This document shows, piece by piece, positions 19,998 through 29,100 of a stretch of DNA of 64,000 nucleotides (position 1 is its first letter; every line of letters begins with the position of its first letter). The translations under genes were made by a program, and so were the position numbers. The notes under the pieces are model-generated. The model was not told the origin of the DNA, did no database searches, and saw only the letters and a list, made by a program, of their open reading frames with translations. This DNA is from Actinomycetes bacterium (lineage in GTDB: Bacteria > Actinomycetota > CALGFH01), in assembly GCA_036392615.1 (NCBI GenBank), contig DASVXQ010000414.1, forward strand, positions 204 to 64,203. The letters are read 5' to 3'.

Positions 19998-20290
19998 TAG
20001 AGGTCGCTTTGAGCAGTGGGGAGTCGTGGCGGTTCGCCTCCGCCAGGACCCTGCCCAGCGGGATGCCGTAGCCGTCGGTCACGCCGGAACGCTTCAGGCC
20101 CTGTTTGCCCCGGTCCGCCGGGGAGCGGCCGGCCGCTTCGCCGCCTCCGGGGGCCTTGGTGATCGCGCCGTCGACGGCGATCCGCTTCAGCTCCAGCCGA
20201 CGATGCGGTCGTAGGCGTCCAGAGCGATCTGTTTGAGGGTGCTGAAGACGCCGAGCTCGATCCACTCGTCGCGACGGTGGTGCTGTGCCG
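19998..20290 (-). mobile_element. IS5/IS4-superfamily (DUF4096 + DDE_Tnp_1 type) transposase internal fragment with a frameshift
   Basis: DEWIELGVFSTLKQIALDAYDRIVG (one frame) continues as LELKRIAVDGAITKAPGGGEAAGRSPADRGKQGLKRSGVTDGYGIPLGRVLAEANRHDSPLL (another frame). Compare the IS5-like '...IDGS.v.A..GGe.tG.nP.DRgK.G.K.h...D..G.PL......AN.HD...L'. Confidence 0.5.
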
Positions 20291-20346
20291 TGCTGATGTG
20301 TGCTGGCTGGTGTTGGAGCCGATGGACGCACGATGGACGCACATCG
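20287..20346 (+). repeat. Imperfect direct repeat, copy 1 (partner at 63931-63989; 15-nt core also at 61262-61276)
   Basis: AGCCGATGGACGCACGATGGACGCACATCG (20317-20346) versus AGCCGATGGACGCACCATGGACACATATCG (63960-63989): 27 of 30 positions identical, ungapped. Upstream the copies share the blocks GCCGTGCTG and GGTGTTGG, with indels between them. Confidence 0.5.
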
Positions 20347-20587
20347 CCTTCCCTGTAATGCCCGTCACCGCTTTCGACCGAGGTTGGCGGGGCTGTGATG
20401 ACGCTGTCCTGGCCGGGCCGCCGGTTCGGCGTCGTCCGCAAGCAGGTGGCACGACGTGGGGGCCGGTGCGCCACGGGTAGCCCCCGTGTGGGCGCGCCCT
20501 CCGCAATCGTCGGGGCGGGCATGTATCAGGAGCGGATCCAGCGCCTCAATCCTCGTGGACGGTCTCGTCGGTTCGAGGAGAGACCAG

Positions 20588-23500
20588 GTGGCTGAGCCAT
20601 TTGTCGTCAAGGGAGGGGTCCGCCCGCGCAGGCAGGGCGGCTCCGTCGCCGGGTACACGGTCGAAGGGCGCCTAAAGCGCGTGATCGGCGACGCAGGAGA
20701 GTCCGTGGAGGTGCCGGCGTCGGGGCGCGCCCGGCTCGAAGCGCCAGGTACGTTCGAGTTCGCCGTCGATGGGCCGGGTGAGCCCAGCGGGCCGCTGACC
20801 CTCACCGTGAGCGCCCCGGATGGCACGAGCGTCTTCAGCGCCGAATACACGCTCGAGGAGGCAAGCCGGCCGCTCCGCATCCGGGTCGAGACCCGGCCGA
20901 AGTTCGACATCGAGCCGAGCAACGATCCCACGCTCGGGGCCCGCACGCGCCTGACCGGCGAGGTGATCGACGCCCACGGCCGCGACGTGCCCGCCGCGCT
21001 GCCGGTTGTCATCTGGGCGACCGACCCGTCCGCCAACGGGGCGCAGCCGGCCCCGCGGCCGCTGCTGGTGACCGAGACCCAGTCCGGCGGGAGCTTCTCC
21101 GCGGACTGGCCTGCCGACGTCCTGGCCGAGGCCGAGGGTCGCGTCTCCGGCGCCGATCCCGTGCCGGTTCCGCTCGACGACGCCGGGCGCCTGCCCGCGC
21201 GCATCCTGCTGGTGGTCGACCTGGACGAGGTGGAGGGCCTCGACCCCGACGACACCTGCGGGTGCTCCGACACGCCGCCGCGCGCCGTCGACCCGGGAGA
21301 CGTCACCGCCAACCCGACGGCGTTCTCGCAGGACCTGGGCGGCGGCTGCGTCGAGCTCTCGATGCCCGACCGCACGCTCGAGGAGTTCAGCTACTTCACC
21401 GTGGTCCGCACGTCCGAGCCCGCCGTCAAGGGCGTCACCCTCGGCACCCGCACCGCGGTGCCCGACGTCCTCATCGCCGACCTGCTCGCCGTCTCGGTCG
21501 CTTCGCAGGCGCTCAAGGGCGAGGTGGTCACCGGGTCCCTGAGCCGCCTGCCCGTCCAGGGGCTGATGCTGGACGCCGCCACGGCGAAGGTGCTTGTGCG
21601 CACCGACCGGCCGCCCAGCGTCGCCGAGATCGGGCGGGCCGCCTGGCTCTCAAGCGTCGGCCAGACCAAGGAGCTGATCGACGCCGGTCTGCGCGTCGAC
21701 ACCGGCCGCACCGTGCTGGACGCCGACCACGCGATCGACTGGGACGACACGCCGACCGTCCACTTGGCCATCCAGATCGCGCACGGCCACGTGCTGCAGT
21801 ACCGCGAGGTGTGGCGCGCGGACGGCTACTCCCTGGGGGACCTGCTCTACTCGCTGCCGCTCGCGCCTGGTCAGCGCCGCCAGGTGGCGGTCGTGGACTG
21901 GGACCGGCGCGCGAGTTCGGCGCGGACCGAGAGCCTCGAGTTCGAGGAGGAGCTCGACGCGCTCCTGGCTCGCGACCGCGATATCAGGGAGATCGTCGGC
22001 TCCGACCTTCACGAGCAGACGTCGGCTGGGTCGCGCAACACGACGTGGGGAGTCGCCGGCGGCATCGGTGCCGGATTCATCGGCAGCGGCTTCGGGATCT
22101 TCGGCGGTGTGGCCGGCGGGGCCGGAGGCTCGGACTCGAGCTCGTGGCAGCGCTCTTCGCGGCAGTTCGCCGCTGACTCGCTGCAGAGCCTCCGCGATCG
22201 CGTGTCGCAGCGGGCCTCGTCGACTCGCAGCCTGCGCTCGTCGGTCGTGCAGAGCGTCGCCCAGGGCGAGACCCTGCGTGCTGAGACCGAGCTCGTCGCC
22301 AACTACAACCACTGCCACGCGATCACAATCGAGTACTTCCAGGTACTGCGCCATCTGCTGGTCACGCACGAGCTGGCCGACGTTCAGGAGTGCCTGTTCG
22401 TTCCGCTGCCGGTCGGGGAGTTCGACCGCGGCAAGGCGCTTCGCTGGAGGGAGCCCCTGACCCGCTACCTCAGGGACCGCAGCCTTCGCGGCGGGTTCGA
22501 CGCGATCGAGCGCGTCGCCGACAACTGGGTCGGGTGGGACTTCCCCGAGTCCCGGTACAGCGAGGAGGCCCCTGAGTCGCTCGAGGGCGAGCTGCGGATC
22601 AGCTTCCTGCTGCCGCGACCCCGCGACGACGAGGATGGCAAGTTCCAGGTCGACCAGTGGAAGTGGCTCCTGCCCTTCCTGCCGACCGACGCGCTCGAGC
22701 TTTGGACCGCCCGGCTCAACGAGCGCACCGCCCGCGAGCGCGACCGCATCTTCCGCGAGGAGGTCGCACCCGAGATCGCCAAGAACCTCGTCAACCAGTT
22801 GCGCTTCGCGTACGTCGGAGCCGACGGCGGCGAGACGGAGATCTCGCTCGACGCGACGCTCGTCTCGCGTTACGCGGAGCGGACGCCGCTGTACGTCACC
22901 CTCAACCCCCGCGGCTCCCTTCCTGCGGTCCCGCGGGAGGACATCGCGCACTTCAAGCTGTGGTACGCGGGGACAGCGCTGCCGCCCGACGCGCAGATCA
23001 TCGTCCACAGCGGCCGGCTGCGCTACAACGCGGCGCACTCGAGCGCGCTGCTGTTCGACGACCCGCGGATCCTGGACGACATCCGTTCCGGCGACCCGGT
23101 CATCGTCAGCACCCCGGTCAGCCGCGCCGAGCTTCGCAACCCGCGAGACGAGGACCGCGACTTCGCCGACCGCCTGGTCGCCCACCTCAACCAGGCGCTG
23201 GAGTACTACCACCAGGCGATTTGGGTGAGTCTGGACGCACAGCGCCGCTACATGCTGCTGGACGCGGTCCTGGTGCCCGGCCTCGGCGGCAAGAGCATCG
23301 CGAGCGTCTGCACCAACGAGCTGATCGGCATCGTCGGCAACAACCTCGTACTGCCGGTCGCGCCCGGACAGCGCCTCGACCCGAGTCTCGCCGACCTCGA
23401 CCCCGAGCAGGGGCGCGTGGAGCTGATCAACGCCTACGCCACGCCGCCCAGCCCGCCGCTTCGCATCAGCATCCCCACCCGCGGCGTCTACGCCGAAGCC

Positions 23501-25837
23501 GTCTCCGGCAAGTGCAGCGCCTGCGAGGAGATCGACGACAGCCGCTACTGGCGCTGGACGCCCGACGGGCAGCTCGCCCTGCCCGAGATCAGCCCCGTCT
23601 CGACCGCGAGCCGCGCCAGCGAGGAGCCGGACCTGACGCCCACGCCGCTCCCCACGCCGCTGGTCTCGATCCAGAACGCCCCCGAGGTCCCGGACCCGTT
23701 CGGGCTCAAGTCCGCGTTCGAGCTGATCTCCAAGCCCGACCTGTTCCGCGACATCACCGGCCTGGAGGGCACGCAGAAGAACGCGCGCGCCGCCTTCGAG
23801 GGTGCCCTGTCGGCCGCGTCGGCGCTCGGCGAGCAGGCGCACACCCTCGCCACGCAGCAGGAGCTCGGCAAGAACGCCGGCCGGATGATCGACCGCATCA
23901 GCCAGGCGAAGAAGGACGGCCTGCTGACCGATGCCAGCGCGCAGGCGCTCACCAACTCGGCGCTCAAGGGGCTCGTCGGCGAGCCGCGCAAGGACGAGGC
24001 CACGCCTGGGACACCGGACCCGGTGAAGGACGTGGTGGACAAGGCCTCGCAGGCGGACAAGGCCGAGATCAAGGTCACGAACCCCACCGAGACCGTCGAG
24101 GTCAGCTTCGACGAGACTTCCGCCCCAGCGGTTGGTGGAGGGGCGAAGCCGCAGATCTTCGATCCGCCGGACCCGTTCGTCGACCAGGACATCGTCATCG
24201 AACAGCCGGCGTCGTTCAACGCCGCGCCTGGGGCGCGCTCCCTGAACAGCGGGCGCGTGACGACCTACGCCCAGCTCGCCAAGGTCCTCGGTGCCGGCCT
24301 CGCCAAGATGGAGGCCGATGTCAAGGTTCGCAAGAACCCCGCCGACCTGTCCAAATACCAGCTGCGAAGCCAGCTTCGGATTGCCTACCCGGCCGACCCC
24401 AAGGCGCCGACGCGGGTCTTCGGCTCCGGCCGCCTGCCCGTCGTCGTGATCGCCCACGGTATGTTCGGGAAGAACTGGTCCCTGGGGGCCTCCCACCCGA
24501 GCCACGAGGGGTACACGTACCTGCAGGAGGCCCTCGCGGGGCAGGGAATCGTGTCGGTGTCGGTCGACATGAACGCGGCGAACTTCTTCCGGTCGATCGT
24601 CGAGATGCGCGCGGAGATGTTCCTGGGCGCGCTCGACCGGCTGAGGGCGATGGACGCCGACAAGACCTCCCGGTTCTTCGGGCGGCTCGACTTCGACAAG
24701 GTCGGTGTCATGGGTCACTCCCGGGGTGGGGAGGCCGCCGTTGCCGCCGCCCGGCTGAACGCCGCCCGCACGACCAACAAGTACGGCGTCAAGGCCGTCT
24801 GCGCGCTCTCGCCGACCGACTGGACCGGCACCCTGGTGCCCGCCCAAGTCATCACCGCGGACGCGGCGTCGACGCCGTTCCTGCTCGTTCTGTACCCGGG
24901 GCTCGACGGAGACCTCGGCGGGGACGGCGGCGCGCGGAGCTGGGAGGGTACCGGATTCCGCACCTACGACCGTTCCGGCAGCGACAAGTCCATCGTGATG
25001 ATCGACCACGCATGCCACAACCGGTTCAACACGCAGTGGACGCCTGAAGAGGACACCATCCATCCCGACGACACCAAGCCGGGCGGACGCCTGCTCGTCG
25101 CCGCCGACCACCAGAAGCTGGCAAGCGAGTACATCGGCGGCCTGTTCCGCTGGAAGCTCCTGGGCCAGACCTCGCAGCGGGACTTGTTCACCGGGAAGAA
25201 GGTGAACGGCCGCGGGACACCGACGTCGATCCAGTGGTCGTTCGGCGCCAAACGCCAGCCGCTGGACGAGCTCGAGCCCGGCGTGGCGCCGCCCGCCGGA
25301 ACCCGCACGCTGGTCGACTCCGCCGTTGCGCTGATGCCCGACATCCAGGTGCCGCGCGGCGCGGGGACGGCAAGACTGGAGATGGAGACCAACCACCAGG
25401 CCGGTGTGCTCGCCGTTGCCCCGGGGCAGCTCGGCCCGGCGCTGACCACCTACCGGCTCGACCTGCCGAGCCCGCAGGACTGGACGGGCTTCGACCAGCT
25501 GACCTTCCGGCTGGCCGTCGACGCGGATCTCTCCACCGCGGCGACGATTGCCGCCTCCCCCAACCCTGAGTACGAGCTACGGATCATCGACGACGCCGGC
25601 AAGACGGCGATCGTCCCGAGCTCCAAGCTCCAGACTCCGCCGAAGCCCGTCTTCCACACGTATGGCGCCCCGGGTGGCAACGAGAACTGCACCGTCATCC
25701 GGCTGCAGACGATCGCGGTGCCGGTCACGTCGCTCACGGGGATCGACCGGACCAAGGTCAAGGTCGTCGAGATCCTGCCGCGCGCCAGCTTCACCAACGT
25801 CATGTTCTTTGACTCGCTTCAGCTCGTCAGGCAGTGA
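20588..25837 (+). CDS. Giant protein A (1749 aa): N-terminal beta-sandwich-like region + large uncharacterised conserved core + C-terminal alpha/beta-hydrolase (GHSRGG) and beta-sandwich (CBM-like) cassette
   Basis: Uninterrupted ORF. GTG 20588 lies 7 nt after GAGGAG. The core is collinear with ORF 26141 (WRADGYSLGDLLYSLPLAPGQ; ANYNHCHAITIEYFQVLRH; YYHQAIWVSLDAQRRYMLLD; GKCSACEEIDDSRYWRW). The tail has RLPVVVIAHG, GVMGHSRGGEAA (Ser codon 24719-24721), LYPGLDGD and IDHACHNRFN. Confidence 0.8.
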   Translation: MAEPFVVKGGVRPRRQGGSVAGYTVEGRLKRVIGDAGESVEVPASGRARLEAPGTFEFAVDGPGEPSGPLTLTVSAPDGTSVFSAEYTLEEASRPLRIRVETRPKFDIEPSNDPTLGARTRLTGEVIDAHGRDVPAALPVVIWATDPSANGAQPAPRPLLVTETQSGGSFSADWPADVLAEAEGRVSGADPVPVPLDDAGRLPARILLVVDLDEVEGLDPDDTCGCSDTPPRAVDPGDVTANPTAFSQDLGGGCVELSMPDRTLEEFSYFTVVRTSEPAVKGVTLGTRTAVPDVLIADLLAVSVASQALKGEVVTGSLSRLPVQGLMLDAATAKVLVRTDRPPSVAEIGRAAWLSSVGQTKELIDAGLRVDTGRTVLDADHAIDWDDTPTVHLAIQIAHGHVLQYREVWRADGYSLGDLLYSLPLAPGQRRQVAVVDWDRRASSARTESLEFEEELDALLARDRDIREIVGSDLHEQTSAGSRNTTWGVAGGIGAGFIGSGFGIFGGVAGGAGGSDSSSWQRSSRQFAADSLQSLRDRVSQRASSTRSLRSSVVQSVAQGETLRAETELVANYNHCHAITIEYFQVLRHLLVTHELADVQECLFVPLPVGEFDRGKALRWREPLTRYLRDRSLRGGFDAIERVADNWVGWDFPESRYSEEAPESLEGELRISFLLPRPRDDEDGKFQVDQWKWLLPFLPTDALELWTARLNERTARERDRIFREEVAPEIAKNLVNQLRFAYVGADGGETEISLDATLVSRYAERTPLYVTLNPRGSLPAVPREDIAHFKLWYAGTALPPDAQIIVHSGRLRYNAAHSSALLFDDPRILDDIRSGDPVIVSTPVSRAELRNPRDEDRDFADRLVAHLNQALEYYHQAIWVSLDAQRRYMLLDAVLVPGLGGKSIASVCTNELIGIVGNNLVLPVAPGQRLDPSLADLDPEQGRVELINAYATPPSPPLRISIPTRGVYAEAVSGKCSACEEIDDSRYWRWTPDGQLALPEISPVSTASRASEEPDLTPTPLPTPLVSIQNAPEVPDPFGLKSAFELISKPDLFRDITGLEGTQKNARAAFEGALSAASALGEQAHTLATQQELGKNAGRMIDRISQAKKDGLLTDASAQALTNSALKGLVGEPRKDEATPGTPDPVKDVVDKASQADKAEIKVTNPTETVEVSFDETSAPAVGGGAKPQIFDPPDPFVDQDIVIEQPASFNAAPGARSLNSGRVTTYAQLAKVLGAGLAKMEADVKVRKNPADLSKYQLRSQLRIAYPADPKAPTRVFGSGRLPVVVIAHGMFGKNWSLGASHPSHEGYTYLQEALAGQGIVSVSVDMNAANFFRSIVEMRAEMFLGALDRLRAMDADKTSRFFGRLDFDKVGVMGHSRGGEAAVAAARLNAARTTNKYGVKAVCALSPTDWTGTLVPAQVITADAASTPFLLVLYPGLDGDLGGDGGARSWEGTGFRTYDRSGSDKSIVMIDHACHNRFNTQWTPEEDTIHPDDTKPGGRLLVAADHQKLASEYIGGLFRWKLLGQTSQRDLFTGKKVNGRGTPTSIQWSFGAKRQPLDELEPGVAPPAGTRTLVDSAVALMPDIQVPRGAGTARLEMETNHQAGVLAVAPGQLGPALTTYRLDLPSPQDWTGFDQLTFRLAVDADLSTAATIAASPNPEYELRIIDDAGKTAIVPSSKLQTPPKPVFHTYGAPGGNENCTVIRLQTIAVPVTSLTGIDRTKVKVVEILPRASFTNVMFFDSLQLVRQ

Positions 25838-25848
25838 AAGGACTCGCC

Positions 25849-26130
25849 ATGAACGTCACCGACGTCATCTTCGAGCGACCCGACGACCCGCCGGACCCCG
25901 CCTACGTGCTCCGCGTCAGCATCGTCGGGACCGGACTCACCAGGTCGGGCCCCCAGCTCGTCGCGCAGGTCGGGGACATCCCGGTGCGCGACCTGATCAG
26001 CCTGTTCGAACAGGAAGGGGTCGTGGGGTTCCTGGAGGCCGAGCCGCCGGTGGGCGCAGCCGTGCGGGTGGGGTATCTGGGCAAGGAAATGATCGACAGC
26101 GGCCAGAGCTACCAGCCGCCGAACGTCTGA
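25849..26130 (+). CDS. Small 93-aa protein of unknown function wedged between the two giant genes
   Basis: ATG 25849 is preceded by GAAAGGA and lies 11 nt after the stop of A. Its stop lies 10 nt before the ATG of B. Product: MNVTDVIFERPDDPPDPAYVLRVSIVGTGLTRSGPQLVAQVGDIPVRDLISLFEQEGVVGFLEAEPPVGAAVRVGYLGKEMIDSGQSYQPPNV (beta-rich, acidic, no TM or signal). Confidence 0.55.
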   Translation: MNVTDVIFERPDDPPDPAYVLRVSIVGTGLTRSGPQLVAQVGDIPVRDLISLFEQEGVVGFLEAEPPVGAAVRVGYLGKEMIDSGQSYQPPNV

Positions 26131-26140
26131 GGGGACGACC

Positions 26141-29100
26141 ATGACACGCATCGCCGGCAAGCTGACCTCCGACACAGCGGGTGATCTGTCCGGCCTGAGC
26201 GTGGTCGCCACCTTCGAGGAGCGCGTCCAGATCGGTGACGCGAGCGACTTCCGCCCTGGCCGCCGCGAGACCCAGACCGGCCCAGGCGGGCAGTTCGATC
26301 TGGAGGTCCCCGACGCAGACGGCCGGCGCGGTCCGGTCACGATCACCGCCTACGGTAGGGACGGGCTCGACACGGGCGAGGTCGAGCTGGCGGCCGAGGG
26401 CCCGTTCGACGAGGTCGTGGTCGAGGTCGCACTGGGAACGCCGACGTCGGTCACACCCAGCGACGACATCACCCTCGGCGAGCAGCTCAAGTACACGGGG
26501 CGGGTCATCGACCCGTCCGGCCGCGGAGTCGACGCGGGCCTGATAACCGTCATCTGGGCGCGGGCCGATGGCGAGGATCCCGCTCCGGTCAGCGTGACCC
26601 GCACCGCCCAGGCGGGATACATCTCCGGGCCGTGGGTGTCGCAGACCTACGCGGAGGCCTACGGGGTGGTGTCGGGCGGTGAGCCGATCCCAATCGCACT
26701 CGAAGACTCGCGGTTGCCTCGCCGGTTGATCCTGGTGGTGCCGGTCGCTCCGGCGCAGCCGCACGACGACGACTGCGAGTGCCACGAGACAGGTCCGCTT
26801 CGCTCGCCGGACCAGGTCGACCTGGCCGGCAACCCCGAGGCGTTCGCCCGCGACGCGACCGGCTGCGTCGACTTCACGATCCCCAGCCGGACGGTCGAGG
26901 AGGTCACCTACCAGGCGGTGGTCCGCACGACCCAGCCGGCGCTCAAGGGGACCGTTCCCCGGCGTCCGCCCGTGATCCCGCCCGTCCTGATCGACCGCCT
27001 TGCCAACCTGGCTGAGCTTGGGCTGGCGTTCGACGACCGCGTCGCGGGAGGGCGGTTCATCCGCAGCAACGTGACGACCACACCGGCGCTGACCGCCCGC
27101 GAGGCAGCGGACAACCCCGGACTGGAGGTGACGGATATCGGACGGGGCGGCGCCGCGATCGACGTCGTGACGGCCGCCCTGCGGACGGCTCGGCGCATCC
27201 TGCCGGGCATCGACCTGGACAGCGGAACGTTCCTCGCCGACCCGCCCGACACCATGGCGCGCCGCGCACTGGCGGCGCGGGTCGCCGACCGCGAGCCGCT
27301 TCGCCTGGAGGCATCGGTCATCGGCGAGCTCGTCCGCGAGCCCGGCGGGGTCACCTCGCGCCGCCTGCTCGAGGCGGAGCAGACGAGCGTCGTCCGGTCG
27401 TTCCGGACGGCCGTCGGCCTGCTGGCCACGCCGAACCCCGGGCGCCACGAGCTGGACGACACCCACCAGATCGACTGGGAGCAGATCCCCGACCCGTACC
27501 AGGCGACCACGATCGCCCACGGGCACCTGCTGACGATGAAGCAGGTCTGGCGCGCGGACGGGTACTCGCGCGGCGACCTGCTCTACTCGCTGCCGCTCGC
27601 GCCTGGGCAGCAGAAGCTGATCTCGATCTTGGACTGGAACAGAAGCGAGGTCTCGTCCCGGCGGGCGCAGCGGTTCGAGACCGAGGACCTGCGCGCCGAC
27701 CTGGACCACGACCGCGACGTCTCCGACGTCATCCGCACGACGCTGAGCGAGCGGATGGACGCGAGCTCGCACGCCGACACCGAATCCGTGGCGGCAGGGA
27801 TCGCCGGGTTCATCGGCCCGGTGGTATTCGGCGCGGCGGGCGGCGTCTCGTCCGCGGGCTCGAACGCCAACCAGACATCGGCACGCTCAGTGACGGGCAT
27901 GGCCCTGAACCGCGTCCGCGACCGCACGCTGCAGTCGGCGTCCGCCGTGCGAAGCCAGCGCGCGAGCGTCGTCCAGACGGCCCGCCAGGGCGAGTCGGTG
28001 CGGGCGCAGACCGAGGTCGTCGCCAACTACAACCACTGCCACGCCCTGACGATGGAGTACTTCGAGGTGCTCCGCCACCTCCAGGTCAGCCAGGAGCTCG
28101 CGGCGGTCGACGAATGCCTGTTCATCCCGTTCTCGATCACCCCGTTCAGCGCGAGTAAGGCGCTTCGCTGGCGCGATCCCCTGCGACGCGGCCTTCGCGA
28201 TCGTTCGCTCGAGTGGGCCTTCGACGCGCTCGAGCGGGTCGACAGCAACTGGGTGGACGCCGACTTCCCCGCGGGGCGCTACGCTGACGAGCCGCTCACC
28301 TACCTGGACGGCGAGTTCTGGATTTCGGCGCGCCTGCCCCGCCCGGCCGACGGGGCCAACGGCGAGTTCGCCCAGACGAACTGGAACGCCTACGAGAGCG
28401 CGGGGCTGCTGTGGGACTCGGCGGCGAACATCTGGAACCGGTACATGGGAACCACCGTCGCGGCGCTCCGCGACCGCGTTTGGGACACCCGCGTGGCTCC
28501 CGGCATCGCGCAGCGCCTGCTCGAGCGGCTCACCGTACGCCTGGCGGAGGACGGCGCGGCGTCGTCGACGCTCTCGGTCGACCCGACCCTGGTGGACTCG
28601 TTCGCCCAGGATCGGGAGATGCTCGTCGCGCTCCGAGTCAACACGCCGCTCCCGGTCAAGACCCGCAGCCAGGTCGACCGGGTCGAGATCTCCCTCGCGG
28701 TCACCAACCTGCCCCCGGGGGCGGAGCTGACCGTTCGAAGCGGCACGGTGCGCTACCGCACCGACCATCTGACCGCCGACCTGTTCGGCAGCCGGCGGAT
28801 CCAGAACGACCTGACCCTCGGCGACACCGTCGAGATCGCCACGCCGCTGACGCTGCAGGAAAAACGCGACCCGCGCCAGCGCGACCGCCGGTATGCCGCG
28901 CGGCTCCTGGATCACCTGAACGACCACGTCGAGCACTACCACCGGGCCATCTGGCTGACCATGGACCCGAACCGTCGCTACATGCTGCTGGACGGCTTCG
29001 TCGCACCGGACGCCGGCGGCAAGAGCGTCGCGTCAGTGGTCGAGAACCGCGTGATCGGCGTCGTCGGCAACAGCCTGGTCATGCGCGTGGCGCCCGGCAT

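Noticed and set aside
22657-25047. 796-aa same-strand alternative-frame ORF inside gene A, and 28411-30591 inside gene B.
   Set aside because: These are Arg/Pro/Gly-rich off-frame translations with no ribosome-binding site. The paralog conservation between A and B is in the other frame.
21650-25396. 1248-aa ORF on the minus strand, antisense to giant gene A. Similar long antisense ORFs occur at 25997-27772, 27887-28942 and 29672-30406.
   Set aside because: The composition is dominated by Arg/Gly/Pro/Ala/Asp/Val with no motifs. These ORFs fully overlap sense ORFs that have recognisable domains and paralog conservation. Stop-poor antisense frames are typical in ~70% GC DNA.
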